Shown here piece after piece: positions 55,099-64,000 of a stretch of DNA of 64,000 nt. Both the position numbers and the translations under genes were made by a program. The number at the start of each line of letters is the position of its first letter. Position 1 is the first letter of the stretch. The notes beneath the pieces were generated by a model. It was not told the origin of the DNA. It made no database searches and saw only the letters and a list, made by a program, of their open reading frames with translations. Source of the stretch: Eubacteriales bacterium. GTDB taxonomy: Bacteria; Bacillota; Clostridia; Oscillospirales; CAG-272. Where the stretch lies: contig JAZNYH010000078.1 in the NCBI GenBank assembly GCA_045594305.1, positions 6,469-70,468 on the forward strand. Reading direction: 5' to 3'.

Positions 55099-55346
55099 TG
55101 TAAATGCGATGAAAAAGCTTGCTTTGACAAAAAATCAATATGCAGAGAGGTGCTCCGAGGCTGTAAGAGTGCTTGTTGATATGTCAAATGCGTTTCTCTT
55201 TGGAGCAGGTCTGCTGAACCATATGTAGGCAGGCACGGGTGTCCCGTTATAGACGAAGGAAGTGCTTGCTTCTAAGGGCCTTATGGCTGAAAATGGGTGG
55301 TACCACGACTTTGCTCGTCCCTGTCTTTATGGCAGGGCGATTTTTG
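55099..55346 (+). promoter_or_regulatory. T-box riboswitch leader of pheST
   Basis: GATGA K-turn region, AGAGAG + GGCTGTAAGAG stem I elements, UUUC in the predicted specifier region (about 55192-55195), T-box AAAATGGGTGGTACCACGAC (55290-55309), terminator CGTCCCTG../..CAGGGCG (55316-55339) + T5. Confidence 0.85.
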
Positions 55347-55396
55347 TTTTCACCCACACAATGTTGAAAAAATGTAAATATAGAGAGGAAATCAAA

Positions 55397-56434
55397 ATGA
55401 AAGAAAAACTTGAAGCGTTGCTCCGTGATGGAGTAGCAAAAATCCAAGCAACGCAGAGCGAGCTTGCTTTGCAGGAGGTAAAGGCAGAGCTTCTTGGAAA
55501 GCAGGGTAGCGTTACCGAGCTTCTTAAAGAAATTCCAAAGCTCGATGTTTCCCTTCGCCCCGAGGCAGGAAAGGCGATAAACAGAGTAAAGGAGCTTCTT
55601 ACCGAGCAAATTGAGACACGCAGAGAGGAGCTTAAATTAAAGGCATCAGAGATAGCTCCCGACTTTGACTGCACACTCCCAGGCATTGAGCCAAAAATCG
55701 GTGGACTTCACCCAATAACCCAAATGTGCTATGACCTAAACGATGCATTCCGTTCAATGGGCTTTGAGGTGTTTAGTGGTCCTGAAATCACAAGCGAATA
55801 TTATGCCTTCGATAACCTAAATTTCCCACCAAACCACCCTGCAAGAGAGAGCATGGATACCTATTGGCTTGAGGGACACGATAGCGGAGAGGCAAACGAA
55901 AAGCTTTGTCTTCGTCCTCACCTAACAGGCGATAGCGTTCGCTATATGCAGACACATAAGCCACCATATCGCTTTGTATACCCAGGTAGAGTTTATAGAA
56001 ATGAAACAACTGATGCCCGTCACGAGCGTGCATTCTTCCAATACGAGGCTCTTATCGTGGATAAGGACTTTACCTACACAGCAGGAAAGGTAATGATTAA
56101 GAGCATTCTTTCAAAGGTGTTTGGTAGAGATGTGCCAGTAAGAATGAGAGCAGGCTTCTTCCCATTTGTTGAGCCAGGCTTTGAAATTGATATGGGCTGT
56201 CTTGTATGTAATGGTAAGGGCTGTAGCGTTTGCAAGCATGTAGGCTGGATTGAAATTATGCCAGGTGGCACACCACATCCAAATGTACTTCGTGCAGCAG
56301 GGCTTGATCCCGATGAATATACAGGCTTCTATGTAAACATAGGACTTGATAGACTTGTAATGATGCGTTATGGTGTTGATGATGTTCGTCTTTTCCATAG
56401 CACCGACCTTCGCTTCTTGAAGCAGTTCCGTTAA
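55397..56434 (+). CDS. pheS: Phenylalanine--tRNA ligase alpha subunit
   Basis: Class II motifs (HPITQ, YPGRVYRNE, GFFPFVEPG, AFGLGLDRL-like GLDRLVMM). ATG 55397 follows AGAGAGGAA; the ORF-track start 55262 lies inside the T-box. Confidence 0.92.
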   Translation: MKEKLEALLRDGVAKIQATQSELALQEVKAELLGKQGSVTELLKEIPKLDVSLRPEAGKAINRVKELLTEQIETRREELKLKASEIAPDFDCTLPGIEPKIGGLHPITQMCYDLNDAFRSMGFEVFSGPEITSEYYAFDNLNFPPNHPARESMDTYWLEGHDSGEANEKLCLRPHLTGDSVRYMQTHKPPYRFVYPGRVYRNETTDARHERAFFQYEALIVDKDFTYTAGKVMIKSILSKVFGRDVPVRMRAGFFPFVEPGFEIDMGCLVCNGKGCSVCKHVGWIEIMPGGTPHPNVLRAAGLDPDEYTGFYVNIGLDRLVMMRYGVDDVRLFHSTDLRFLKQFR

Positions 56435-56448
56435 GAGGGGGTAAGAAA

Positions 56449-58881
56449 ATGAAACTTTCATTAAATTGGATAAAGGATTATGTAAAGCTTCCTGAGGATA
56501 TGGACCTTTCAAGGCTCGCTTACGACCTTACAATGTCAACAGTTGAGGTTGAGGGAGCAGAAAGCCTTGCAGAACGCTTTGATAAAATAGTAGTAGGAGA
56601 AATACAGGATGTTATCCCACACCCCAACGCTGATAAGCTCCGTGTTTGTAAGGTAGATATTGGCGATGGCGAAATAAAGGATATCGTTTGTGGTGGTAGT
56701 AACCTTGCACAGGGTATGAAGGTAGTAGTTGCTTGCCCTGGTGCTATGGTTCGCTGGCACGGAGAGGGTGAGCCTGTCGAGATTAAGAACGCAAAGCTTC
56801 GTGGAGTTGCAAGCTTCGGTATGATTTGTGCATCTGTCGAGGTAGGACTTGCAGACCTTTTCCCCGTAAACGATGACCACGAGATTATGGATATAACCTC
56901 GTTCGATTGCAAGGCAGGAGATTCACTTGCACAAGCACTTGGACTTGATGATATCATTCTCGAAATAGATAACAAATCAATGACAAACCGCCCCGACCTT
57001 TGGGGACACTACGGTATAGCAAGAGAAATTGCCGCACTTTACGACCTTGAGCTTGTAGACCTCGGCAAATATACTCCCGACTCCTGCGAGGAGTACGATG
57101 TAAGAATAATGGATGAGCAAAGATGCCCACGCTACATTGGAGCACGCATCGAGGGACTTGATGTAAAGGCATCACCATTTGAAATGCAAAGCCGTATTTG
57201 GAGAGTAGGAATGCGTCCTATAAACGCCCTTGTAGACATTACAAACTATGTAATGCTCGCCACAGGTCAGCCTACACACGCATTTGACTCCAATCACATA
57301 AAGAACCACATTGAAATCCGTCGTGCAGGCGAGGGAGAAAAGCTTCTTCTACTTAACGACAAGACCTTAGAGCTTTCAAGCGACGACCTTGTAATCGCTG
57401 ATAGCGAGGGAGCAGTAGCACTCGCAGGCGTTATGGGTGGAGCAAAGGATTCAATCCTTCCCGAAACAACAAGCGTTATCTTGGAGGTTGCTAACTTCGA
57501 GTCCCGTGGAGTTCGTAGAACCGCACTTCGCTACGACAATCGTACAGAGGCGTCCTCTCGCTACGAGAAGGCAATTGATCCTGAGCGTTGCGACCAAGCA
57601 CTCTCACTCGCTATGAAGCTTTTTGCAGAGCTTTACCCTGAAATGAAGGTGACAGCATTTAGCGACAAATATCCAACTAAGCTTGAAAGAAAACAAATCG
57701 ATGTTGATTTCGATTGGCTTGATCGCCGTCTTGGTAAGCGTATCCCACAGGAGGTTGTTGCTAAAAAGCTCGGTACAATGGGCTATGAGGTAACCTTTAC
57801 CGAAAAGGGAATGCACATAGTAGTTCCATCATGGCGCTCAACAGGAGATGTGTCGATAAAAGCCGATATTATGGAAGAGGTAGCTCGTATGTACGGCTAC
57901 GAAAACTTCGAGGCTACAACAATCACCACATCCTTTGACGGTGCTATAAATCAACTCGAGGTTGACCTCGTACGCAGAATAAAGGAATACCTTGCATTCC
58001 GTTGCAATATGCAGGAGATTTTCACATATCCTTGGATGAGCGATGAGTTTGTAAACGCACTTTTCCCAACCACAGAGGGAATTTTGGCACTTGCAACCCC
58101 ACCATCACCAACTGAGAGATATGTTCGCTCCTCACTTCTTCCAAACATTTGTAAGGCTATTGTAAAGAACGAGCGTAACTTTGATGAGTTCGACATATTC
58201 GAGGAGGCTCAAATATTCCTCGATAGCGACTACACCTCTAACTACAAGGGCGAGAGCCTTCCTGCTCAAAGAAAGCACCTTGGCTGTGCCTTCGTAGGCT
58301 CAGGTGATAAAATTTCCGAGCTTTATCGCCACGCAAAGGGCGTTATCGAAATGATGCCTCGCTATACACATATGGACGGCTTCACCTTCGAAAAGAACGA
58401 AAAGCCATATTGGGCAGATGAGGTTGTATGGCAAAACATTTACCTTAACGGCAAGAAAATAGGCGATATCGCACTTCTTTCAAAGAAATCAGCACTTGCT
58501 TGTGGAATAAAGGTGCTCTCAGCAATTCTTGTAGAGCTTGATATGGATTCACTTGTACCATTCAAGTCAAGAACAAATCGCTACGAAAGACTTCCCGAGT
58601 TCCCAACAAACGAGTATGATGTATCCTTCCTCATTGATTCAATGGTTAAGTGGAGCGAAATCTACAACGCCATTATGGCAAAGAAGAACGAGCTTTTGCA
58701 GGATGCACGCTTCGTAGATGAATACAAGGGTAAGCAAATCCCCGAGGGCAAAAAGTCAATCACAGTTCGACTTGTTATAGGCTCAAAGGAGAAGACACTT
58801 ACGGGTGATGAAATCGAGGCAGTTGCAAAGAGCGTTGTAAAGAAGCTCTCTAAGACCATCGGCGCAGATTCAAGATACTAA
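56449..58881 (+). CDS. pheT: Phenylalanine--tRNA ligase beta subunit
   Basis: N-terminal tRNA-binding OB (VVGEIQDVIPHPNADKLRVCKVDIG), B3/4, B5 and C-terminal FDX-ACB domains. Confidence 0.92.
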   Translation: MKLSLNWIKDYVKLPEDMDLSRLAYDLTMSTVEVEGAESLAERFDKIVVGEIQDVIPHPNADKLRVCKVDIGDGEIKDIVCGGSNLAQGMKVVVACPGAMVRWHGEGEPVEIKNAKLRGVASFGMICASVEVGLADLFPVNDDHEIMDITSFDCKAGDSLAQALGLDDIILEIDNKSMTNRPDLWGHYGIAREIAALYDLELVDLGKYTPDSCEEYDVRIMDEQRCPRYIGARIEGLDVKASPFEMQSRIWRVGMRPINALVDITNYVMLATGQPTHAFDSNHIKNHIEIRRAGEGEKLLLLNDKTLELSSDDLVIADSEGAVALAGVMGGAKDSILPETTSVILEVANFESRGVRRTALRYDNRTEASSRYEKAIDPERCDQALSLAMKLFAELYPEMKVTAFSDKYPTKLERKQIDVDFDWLDRRLGKRIPQEVVAKKLGTMGYEVTFTEKGMHIVVPSWRSTGDVSIKADIMEEVARMYGYENFEATTITTSFDGAINQLEVDLVRRIKEYLAFRCNMQEIFTYPWMSDEFVNALFPTTEGILALATPPSPTERYVRSSLLPNICKAIVKNERNFDEFDIFEEAQIFLDSDYTSNYKGESLPAQRKHLGCAFVGSGDKISELYRHAKGVIEMMPRYTHMDGFTFEKNEKPYWADEVVWQNIYLNGKKIGDIALLSKKSALACGIKVLSAILVELDMDSLVPFKSRTNRYERLPEFPTNEYDVSFLIDSMVKWSEIYNAIMAKKNELLQDARFVDEYKGKQIPEGKKSITVRLVIGSKEKTLTGDEIEAVAKSVVKKLSKTIGADSRY

Positions 58882-58976
58882 AAATTAAAAGGGCTATCTT
58901 ATAGATAGTCCTTTTTCGATTGACATATTGACGCTATTATGGTACAATAAAGTAGATAAAACCAAAGGAGTTATAT

Positions 58977-61187
58977 ATGAGCAGAGTAAAATATATAGAT
59001 CCAATGATAGGAACAGTTGGCGATGAGCAGCAAAGTAGCTTTCATGGTGGAGGAAAGACACACCCAGGGGCAACTCTGCCAGGTGGAATGGTTCAGCTTT
59101 CACCCGACACCACAACAAGTGGAGATAACGGAACGGGCTATAACTATTGCCAAGGCACAATAGAGGGATTCAGCTTTAACCATATGAGCGGTATTGGCTG
59201 GTATGGCGACCTTGGAAATTTGCAAATAATGCCTGTTGTTGGCAAAACTGACCTAAGAAGTGGCTCTAATGCCGAAATTCCATTTTTGAAGGGGACAAGT
59301 GGCTGGAAATCGCCATTTTCTCACGAAAGAGAGCACGCAGAGGCGGGCTATTATTCCGTCGTTCTTGATAGATATAATATCCTTGTCGAGGCGAGTGCTA
59401 CAATGCACGCAGGCATTTTGTCAATAGCCTATCCCAAGGGAAGCGACGCAGGTGTTCTTTTCAATTTTTCAAGAAGAATAGCAGGCAAGGCAGATTTTCA
59501 AAGCATACAAATAGTCAACAATACCCGTATAGAGGGCGTTATAAATTGTACCCCTAAGGGTGGTGGCTTTGGCAGAGGAGCGGGAAATATAGGCTATGAT
59601 TTGTACTTCGTGTGCGAGCTTTCTGCCCCTGCTACAAGCCTACGCTTTTTCTCAAACGAGGAATATGTAGAGGGCGATATACGCTCATTTTCGGGCGAGG
59701 ATGTTGGGCTTGACGCTCGCTTTAATGTCGAAAATGGTGAGCCTATAACCATTAAATGTGCCATTTCCTATACCGATATGGACGGAGCAAAAGCCAATTT
59801 TGAGGCAGAATGTGTCGGTGCTTCGCTCAAAAGCGTAAGAGAAAACGCCACTAAGGCTTGGGAAAGGGCGCTTGAATGTATAGAGGTTGAGGGCGAGGAC
59901 GAGATTGACCTGACGCTCTTTCATACCTGCCTATATCACGCCCTGCTTGATCCAAGAACCTCAATGGATGTAAACGGCAAGAGCTGTGTCCAAAATAATG
60001 AGGCTTGCAAAGCAGACTATACCCATCGCACAATGTTTAGTGGTTGGGATGTTTATAGGAGCGAGATGCCACTTTTGACAATAATTCGCCCCGATATCAT
60101 AAATGATGAAATTAATTCGCTTTTGAGTATTGCCAAGGCAAATAATTCCTCACTTCCAAGATGGGAGCTTATGGGAATTGACTCGGGCTGTATGGTTGGC
60201 GATCCTGGACTTTTAGTGCTCGCAGATGCATATGTGAAGGGGATAAGAGACTATGATGTCGAAAACGCATATAAAATATGCTTAGCCTCGGCAAGGGGTG
60301 CTACCGAGCTTGACGGCAAGCCATTTCACTCACTCCACCCATCATATAAGCAATATGTAGAGGACGCCTATGTCCCATACTCCCTTAGCTCAACGCTGGA
60401 GCTTTTGCTCGCAAGCTACGCTATGTATAGGCTTGCAGACGCTATGAATAAGCCAAGCGACGCAGAGCACTTTTTGAATAGAGCTAAGCGTTATGCCGAT
60501 AGCTTTAACCCCGAAACAGGCTTTATGGCTCCACGAGATGAAAACGGAGACTTCCAAGCCATAAGGGATAGATACGACACACTCGGCTGTGTAGAAAGCA
60601 ATATTTTTCAGCAATCGTGGTTCGTTCCATACGATATAGAGGGCGTGCTTTCGCTCTTTGGCAGAGAAAGAGCAATTTCGCTACTCGAAGAGCTTTTCGA
60701 GGGAGCAAACCTTAGTGCCCTTTGGAATGAGAATTATAACCACTCAAACGAGCCCTGTCATAACCTAACCCACTATTTTAGCGTCCTTGGGCTTGAAAAG
60801 AGAACACAATATTGGACACGCCGTGTTCAAAAGGAAGCATATAGACTTGGAGCATTTGGCTTTTGTGGCAACGAGGATGTCGGTCAGCTTTCAGCGTGGT
60901 ATGTCCTATCTGCAATAGGCATAGCTCAGCTCTGCCCAGCAAAAAAGGAGCTGTATATAAACACTCCTCTCTTTAAAAAAGCAAAAATCACTCTTTCACC
61001 AAAATATCACTCCTGCACGCTTGACACCAAATTCTTAGTGACCTGCGACAAGGACCCATTGACCTATCCCTATATAGAGAAGGCGTATTTAAATGGTAAA
61101 GAGCTCAATAGACCATACATTACCTATGATGAGCTAACAAGTGGAGGAGAGCTACATTTTGTCCTAACAGAGGAATGTGAACAGTAG
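58977..61187 (+). CDS. Glycoside hydrolase family 92 (alpha-mannosidase)
   Basis: N-terminus YIDPMIGTVG..GGGKTHPGATLPGGMVQLSPDT, then the FSHMSGIG-like FNHMSGIGW; length and order are typical of GH92. No signal peptide. Confidence 0.85.
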   Translation: MSRVKYIDPMIGTVGDEQQSSFHGGGKTHPGATLPGGMVQLSPDTTTSGDNGTGYNYCQGTIEGFSFNHMSGIGWYGDLGNLQIMPVVGKTDLRSGSNAEIPFLKGTSGWKSPFSHEREHAEAGYYSVVLDRYNILVEASATMHAGILSIAYPKGSDAGVLFNFSRRIAGKADFQSIQIVNNTRIEGVINCTPKGGGFGRGAGNIGYDLYFVCELSAPATSLRFFSNEEYVEGDIRSFSGEDVGLDARFNVENGEPITIKCAISYTDMDGAKANFEAECVGASLKSVRENATKAWERALECIEVEGEDEIDLTLFHTCLYHALLDPRTSMDVNGKSCVQNNEACKADYTHRTMFSGWDVYRSEMPLLTIIRPDIINDEINSLLSIAKANNSSLPRWELMGIDSGCMVGDPGLLVLADAYVKGIRDYDVENAYKICLASARGATELDGKPFHSLHPSYKQYVEDAYVPYSLSSTLELLLASYAMYRLADAMNKPSDAEHFLNRAKRYADSFNPETGFMAPRDENGDFQAIRDRYDTLGCVESNIFQQSWFVPYDIEGVLSLFGRERAISLLEELFEGANLSALWNENYNHSNEPCHNLTHYFSVLGLEKRTQYWTRRVQKEAYRLGAFGFCGNEDVGQLSAWYVLSAIGIAQLCPAKKELYINTPLFKKAKITLSPKYHSCTLDTKFLVTCDKDPLTYPYIEKAYLNGKELNRPYITYDELTSGGELHFVLTEECEQ

Positions 61188-61299
61188 GTGAGGAAAAGCG
61201 GAAAATTTATATATACTTGACAAAGGTATTGATTTTAACCTTAAAATATGGTAAAGTATAAAATAGGAAAATATGTTTACATCTCATTAAGGAGAAAAA

Positions 61300-62718
61300 A
61301 TGTTAGGAAACAATTCTATGTATGTGAGCTTTAAATGCACAAAGTGCTCGGCTACCTTTACGGATGAAATTAATGGTATAGTTCTTTGTCCCGAGTGTGG
61401 AAGCGTGCTCCCACTCCCCCCAACACTAACCGATGACCAAAAGGAAAAGATATACAACGAGGCACTTATTGTATCAAATAGAGCAAGGCGTAGCGAAAAT
61501 CTTCAAGACATAGTGTCCATCTTTGAGCAGCTTGGCGATTATGAGGACTCTGCACATCAGGCAGAGCGTTGCAGAAAGATGCTAAACGACGCTAAGAAGG
61601 ACGAAAAATTCGCTCTTGCAATTCATAAAATGGAGCTTGAAACCATTCGTGGATATAGAGAGGCAATTGCACTTTTCGAGGAGCTCGAGGAGTGGAAGGG
61701 CGCTTCATTCAAGCTTGAGGAATGTAAGGCAAAGCTTCAAACCCTACTTGAAAAGCGTGAAAAGCACAAGGATATTGCCGTAAAGATAACAATGATAGGC
61801 TGTGCAGTGCTTATAGCACTCACTCTCATCATTTGGGCAGTAATTCAATTCTTAGTTCCAGCTATAAGATACGCTTGGGCACTTGATAAAATTGAGGATG
61901 GCGAGTTCGATAAGGGCTACGCAACCCTTGAGGACCTCGGTGATTACAAGGAAGCAAAAACAGAGCTTAAAAAGAGCAAATACAACAGAGCACTCCTCTA
62001 CGAAACAGAGGGCAATCTAATACTCGCTTGCGACTTTTATGACCAAGCGGTAGGATACAGTGACGCTCATACAAGGCTTTATAATGTCTGCACCAAGCTC
62101 ACCTTGAAGGAACAGCTATCCGTGCTTGATATTGGAAGCACGGTTGTATTTGGAAGATATGATCAGGACCCTGCCACTGAGGGTAACGAGCCTCTTGAAT
62201 GGATAATTGTTGACAAAAAGGGCGACGAGGCACTCATAGTTAGTAAAAATGCTATCGAGGGCACACCATTTTCAACCACCCCAACGGTTTGGAGTGGAAG
62301 CGAGCTTTGCAATTGGCTCAATAGCTATTTCTATAAAAATTATTTCACATCAAGTGAAAGAGTAAGCATAGTACAAAAGCTTATCTCAACAAGATATATC
62401 GACCAAGCAACAGGCGAGAATAAGGTTGACCTTGCAAATAACTATCTCTTCCTTCTTAGCGATGTCGAGGCAGAGAGCTACTTTAAAACCAAGGACGACA
62501 GATGCGCACCTGCAACAAAGAGCATAATTCAAAAGAATGTTACCTTTGAAAACCGTCTCCCAATCAACGATGGCAACGGCTGTGCTCACTATTGGCTTAG
62601 AACAATAGCACTTGACGGAAGCGTTATGTATGTAAACGGCTCAGGTGGAGTTAACCGTGATGGTAAGGCAGGCGAGAACATAATGGGTGTTCGCCCTGCT
62701 ATGTGGGTAAAAGGCTAA
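61300..62718 (+). CDS. Membrane protein: N-terminal zinc ribbon, helical repeat region, one TM, extracytoplasmic DUF6273-like domain
   Basis: CTKC..CPECG ribbon, TM IGCAVLIALTLIIWAVIQFLV, C-terminal WIIVDKKGDEALIVSK..YWLRT pattern (domain assignment from memory). Confidence 0.45.
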   Translation: MLGNNSMYVSFKCTKCSATFTDEINGIVLCPECGSVLPLPPTLTDDQKEKIYNEALIVSNRARRSENLQDIVSIFEQLGDYEDSAHQAERCRKMLNDAKKDEKFALAIHKMELETIRGYREAIALFEELEEWKGASFKLEECKAKLQTLLEKREKHKDIAVKITMIGCAVLIALTLIIWAVIQFLVPAIRYAWALDKIEDGEFDKGYATLEDLGDYKEAKTELKKSKYNRALLYETEGNLILACDFYDQAVGYSDAHTRLYNVCTKLTLKEQLSVLDIGSTVVFGRYDQDPATEGNEPLEWIIVDKKGDEALIVSKNAIEGTPFSTTPTVWSGSELCNWLNSYFYKNYFTSSERVSIVQKLISTRYIDQATGENKVDLANNYLFLLSDVEAESYFKTKDDRCAPATKSIIQKNVTFENRLPINDGNGCAHYWLRTIALDGSVMYVNGSGGVNRDGKAGENIMGVRPAMWVKG

Positions 62719-62721
62719 TAA

Positions 62722-62757
62722 AAAACAAAACGCACTCAAACGAGTGCGTTTTTTTAT
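62722..62757. terminator. Bidirectional terminator
   Basis: AACGCACTC (62729-62737) / GAGTGCGTT (62742-62750), with an A-run before and T7 after. Confidence 0.8.
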
Positions 62758-63599
62758 TTTGAGCTATTGTAAATTTCCTTCAAAAGAGCGATTTCTCTTG
62801 CATATCCGTCAAGCTCGTTAGGAGTTTCAAGACAAATAGGAAGAGAAGCGATAATAGGATTGGTTATAATCCTTGTAATGCCGTCAAGAGATAGGCTTCC
62901 ATCACCGATTTTCTCGTGACGGTCCTTTTTTGCTCCAAGAGGGTTTTTACTATCGTTTAGGTGAATTGCCTTTAACCTATCAAGACCAATCACCCTGTCA
63001 AATTCATCAAGCACCGCCTGAGGATTGCTTGCTATATCATAGCCTGCATCGCTTACATGGCAGGTATCAAGACAAACTCCAAGATGCGAGGAATCCTCAA
63101 CAAGGTCAATAATTTGGCGTATTTCCTCAAAGCTACGACCAATCTCCGAGCCCTTTCCTGCCATTGTTTCAATAAGCACAGTGGTCTTGCTTGCGTGCTT
63201 TAAAATGGCATTTAAGGTATCCGCAGTTTTCCTTATACCAACCTCAGCCCCCTGCGATACATGTGAGCCGGGGTGGAAATTGTAAAGAGCACCAGGGAGC
63301 TTTTCAAGCAGAGTAACCTCTTTAACCATAGTTTCCTTGGTGTATTCACGAATGCTCTCATCAGCAGCACACGGATTAAAGGTGTAAGGAGCGTGTGCAA
63401 TGATAGGAGCAAAATCATTTTCAATAAGAAGCCTTGATAGAGCCTCAAGCTCACTATCACTTGGAGTCTTAGACGCTCCACCACGAGGGTTTCTTGTAAA
63501 GAATTGGAAGGTTTTTGCCCCTATTGAAAGAGCAACCTTGCCCATATTCAGCCAGCCCCCCGAAACAGAGAGGTGGCAACCTATTTTAAGCTCATTCAT
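62754..63599 (-). CDS. nfo: Deoxyribonuclease IV (endonuclease IV, AP endonuclease family 2)
   Basis: KIGCHLS, FQFFTRNPRGG, HAPY, HPGSH, CLDTCH, HLNDSK metal-ligand motifs. Confidence 0.9.
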   Translation of the reverse strand: MNELKIGCHLSVSGGWLNMGKVALSIGAKTFQFFTRNPRGGASKTPSDSELEALSRLLIENDFAPIIAHAPYTFNPCAADESIREYTKETMVKEVTLLEKLPGALYNFHPGSHVSQGAEVGIRKTADTLNAILKHASKTTVLIETMAGKGSEIGRSFEEIRQIIDLVEDSSHLGVCLDTCHVSDAGYDIASNPQAVLDEFDRVIGLDRLKAIHLNDSKNPLGAKKDRHEKIGDGSLSLDGITRIITNPIIASLPICLETPNELDGYAREIALLKEIYNSSK

Positions 63600-63609
63600 A
63601 GAAAAATCC

Positions 63610-64000
63610 TTAAATTACAAAATCAAATTCAAAATCGTACATTGAAACAGTGTCGCCGTCCTGACAGCCAGCCTCACGGAGCTTGTCAATTACGCCACTC
63701 TTAATAAGCACTCTTTGGAAGAAGCCAAGAGAATCTCTATCATAGAAGTTAACCTGACCAACAAGATTGTAAAGCCACTCGCCCTCAACAACATAAGTGC
63801 CCTTGGAGTCCTTGGTAATAGTAATCTCGTGGTCACCCTCAATAGACATAAGCTTGTCCTCGGGAGTGTAATCAGCCTCGAAAATTGTAAGAGGTGGAAG
63901 CTGATCAAGCTTCCTTGAAACAAGAGAAATAAGCTCATCAGTATTTTCACCGGTATAAGCAGAAATATAGATAAGCTCCCAACCGTTTTGCCTTACATAA
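63610..64000 (-). CDS. obg: GTPase Obg, C-terminal part (gene continues beyond the window end)
   Basis: Terminal OCT/TGS-like domain (EGDHEITITKDSKGTYVVEGEWL..FYDRDSLGFFQRVLIKSGVIDKLREAGCQDGDTVSMYDFEFDF). The frame stays open upstream of the first ATG (63849) to position 64000. Confidence 0.85.
   Translation of the reverse strand, partial: YVRQNGWELIYISAYTGENTDELISLVSRKLDQLPPLTIFEADYTPEDKLMSIEGDHEITITKDSKGTYVVEGEWLYNLVGQVNFYDRDSLGFFQRVLIKSGVIDKLREAGCQDGDTVSMYDFEFDFVI

Overview
This looks like a chromosomal window from a mid-GC Firmicute of clostridial type. The evidence is three T-box leaders, an IspH-S1 fusion, consensus TTGACA/TATAAT promoters and a tiny Cys/Gly-rich sporulation-style peptide. 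Gene content in order: a teichoic-acid-type GT2/TagF-like gene, an ABC-F ATPase, an HI0933 flavoprotein, a cmk-plsC fusion, an ispH-S1 fusion, a Zn-ribbon protein plus a 38-aa Cys-rich peptide, a DinG/XPD-like helicase, asnS, an aminotransferase, an MFS transporter and T-box-controlled valS. Next comes a ~20 kb locus of cytoplasmic glycoside hydrolases: GH43, GH3, GH2 beta-mannosidase, GH63-like, GHL6-like, Gfo/Idh/MocA, SGNH esterase, a DMT transporter, GH20-like, an FAD oxidoreductase, two AraC regulators and a secreted beta-helix protein. After that: an AT-rich lipoprotein islet, a tRNA-Met/tRNA-Glu operon, a Nudix gene plus a DUF523-HAD-HD operon, T-box-controlled trpB, a cohesin-like secreted protein, a trigger-factor-like lipoprotein, a Ca-type P-type ATPase, an S1-domain protein, an HtrA + OmpR/HK module, T-box-controlled pheST, GH92, a DUF6273-like protein, nfo and the 3' part of obg. 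I see no CRISPR array, transposase, integrase or recognisable defence system. Four features are not explained by ordinary annotation. (1) A ~380-bp ORF-free, highly structured repeat element sits at 25395-25790, between the two arms of what looks like a split bidirectional terminator. (2) A tRNA-Glu-derived, tRNA-like structured element on the opposite strand converges on the real tRNA-Glu (40278-40391). (3) A YbiT-like ABC-F protein has a second ATP site that is degenerate in Walker A and Walker B. (4) An unannotated 38-aa Cys-rich membrane peptide lies downstream of a multi-Zn-ribbon protein. All functional calls come from motif recognition by eye; no database search was run.
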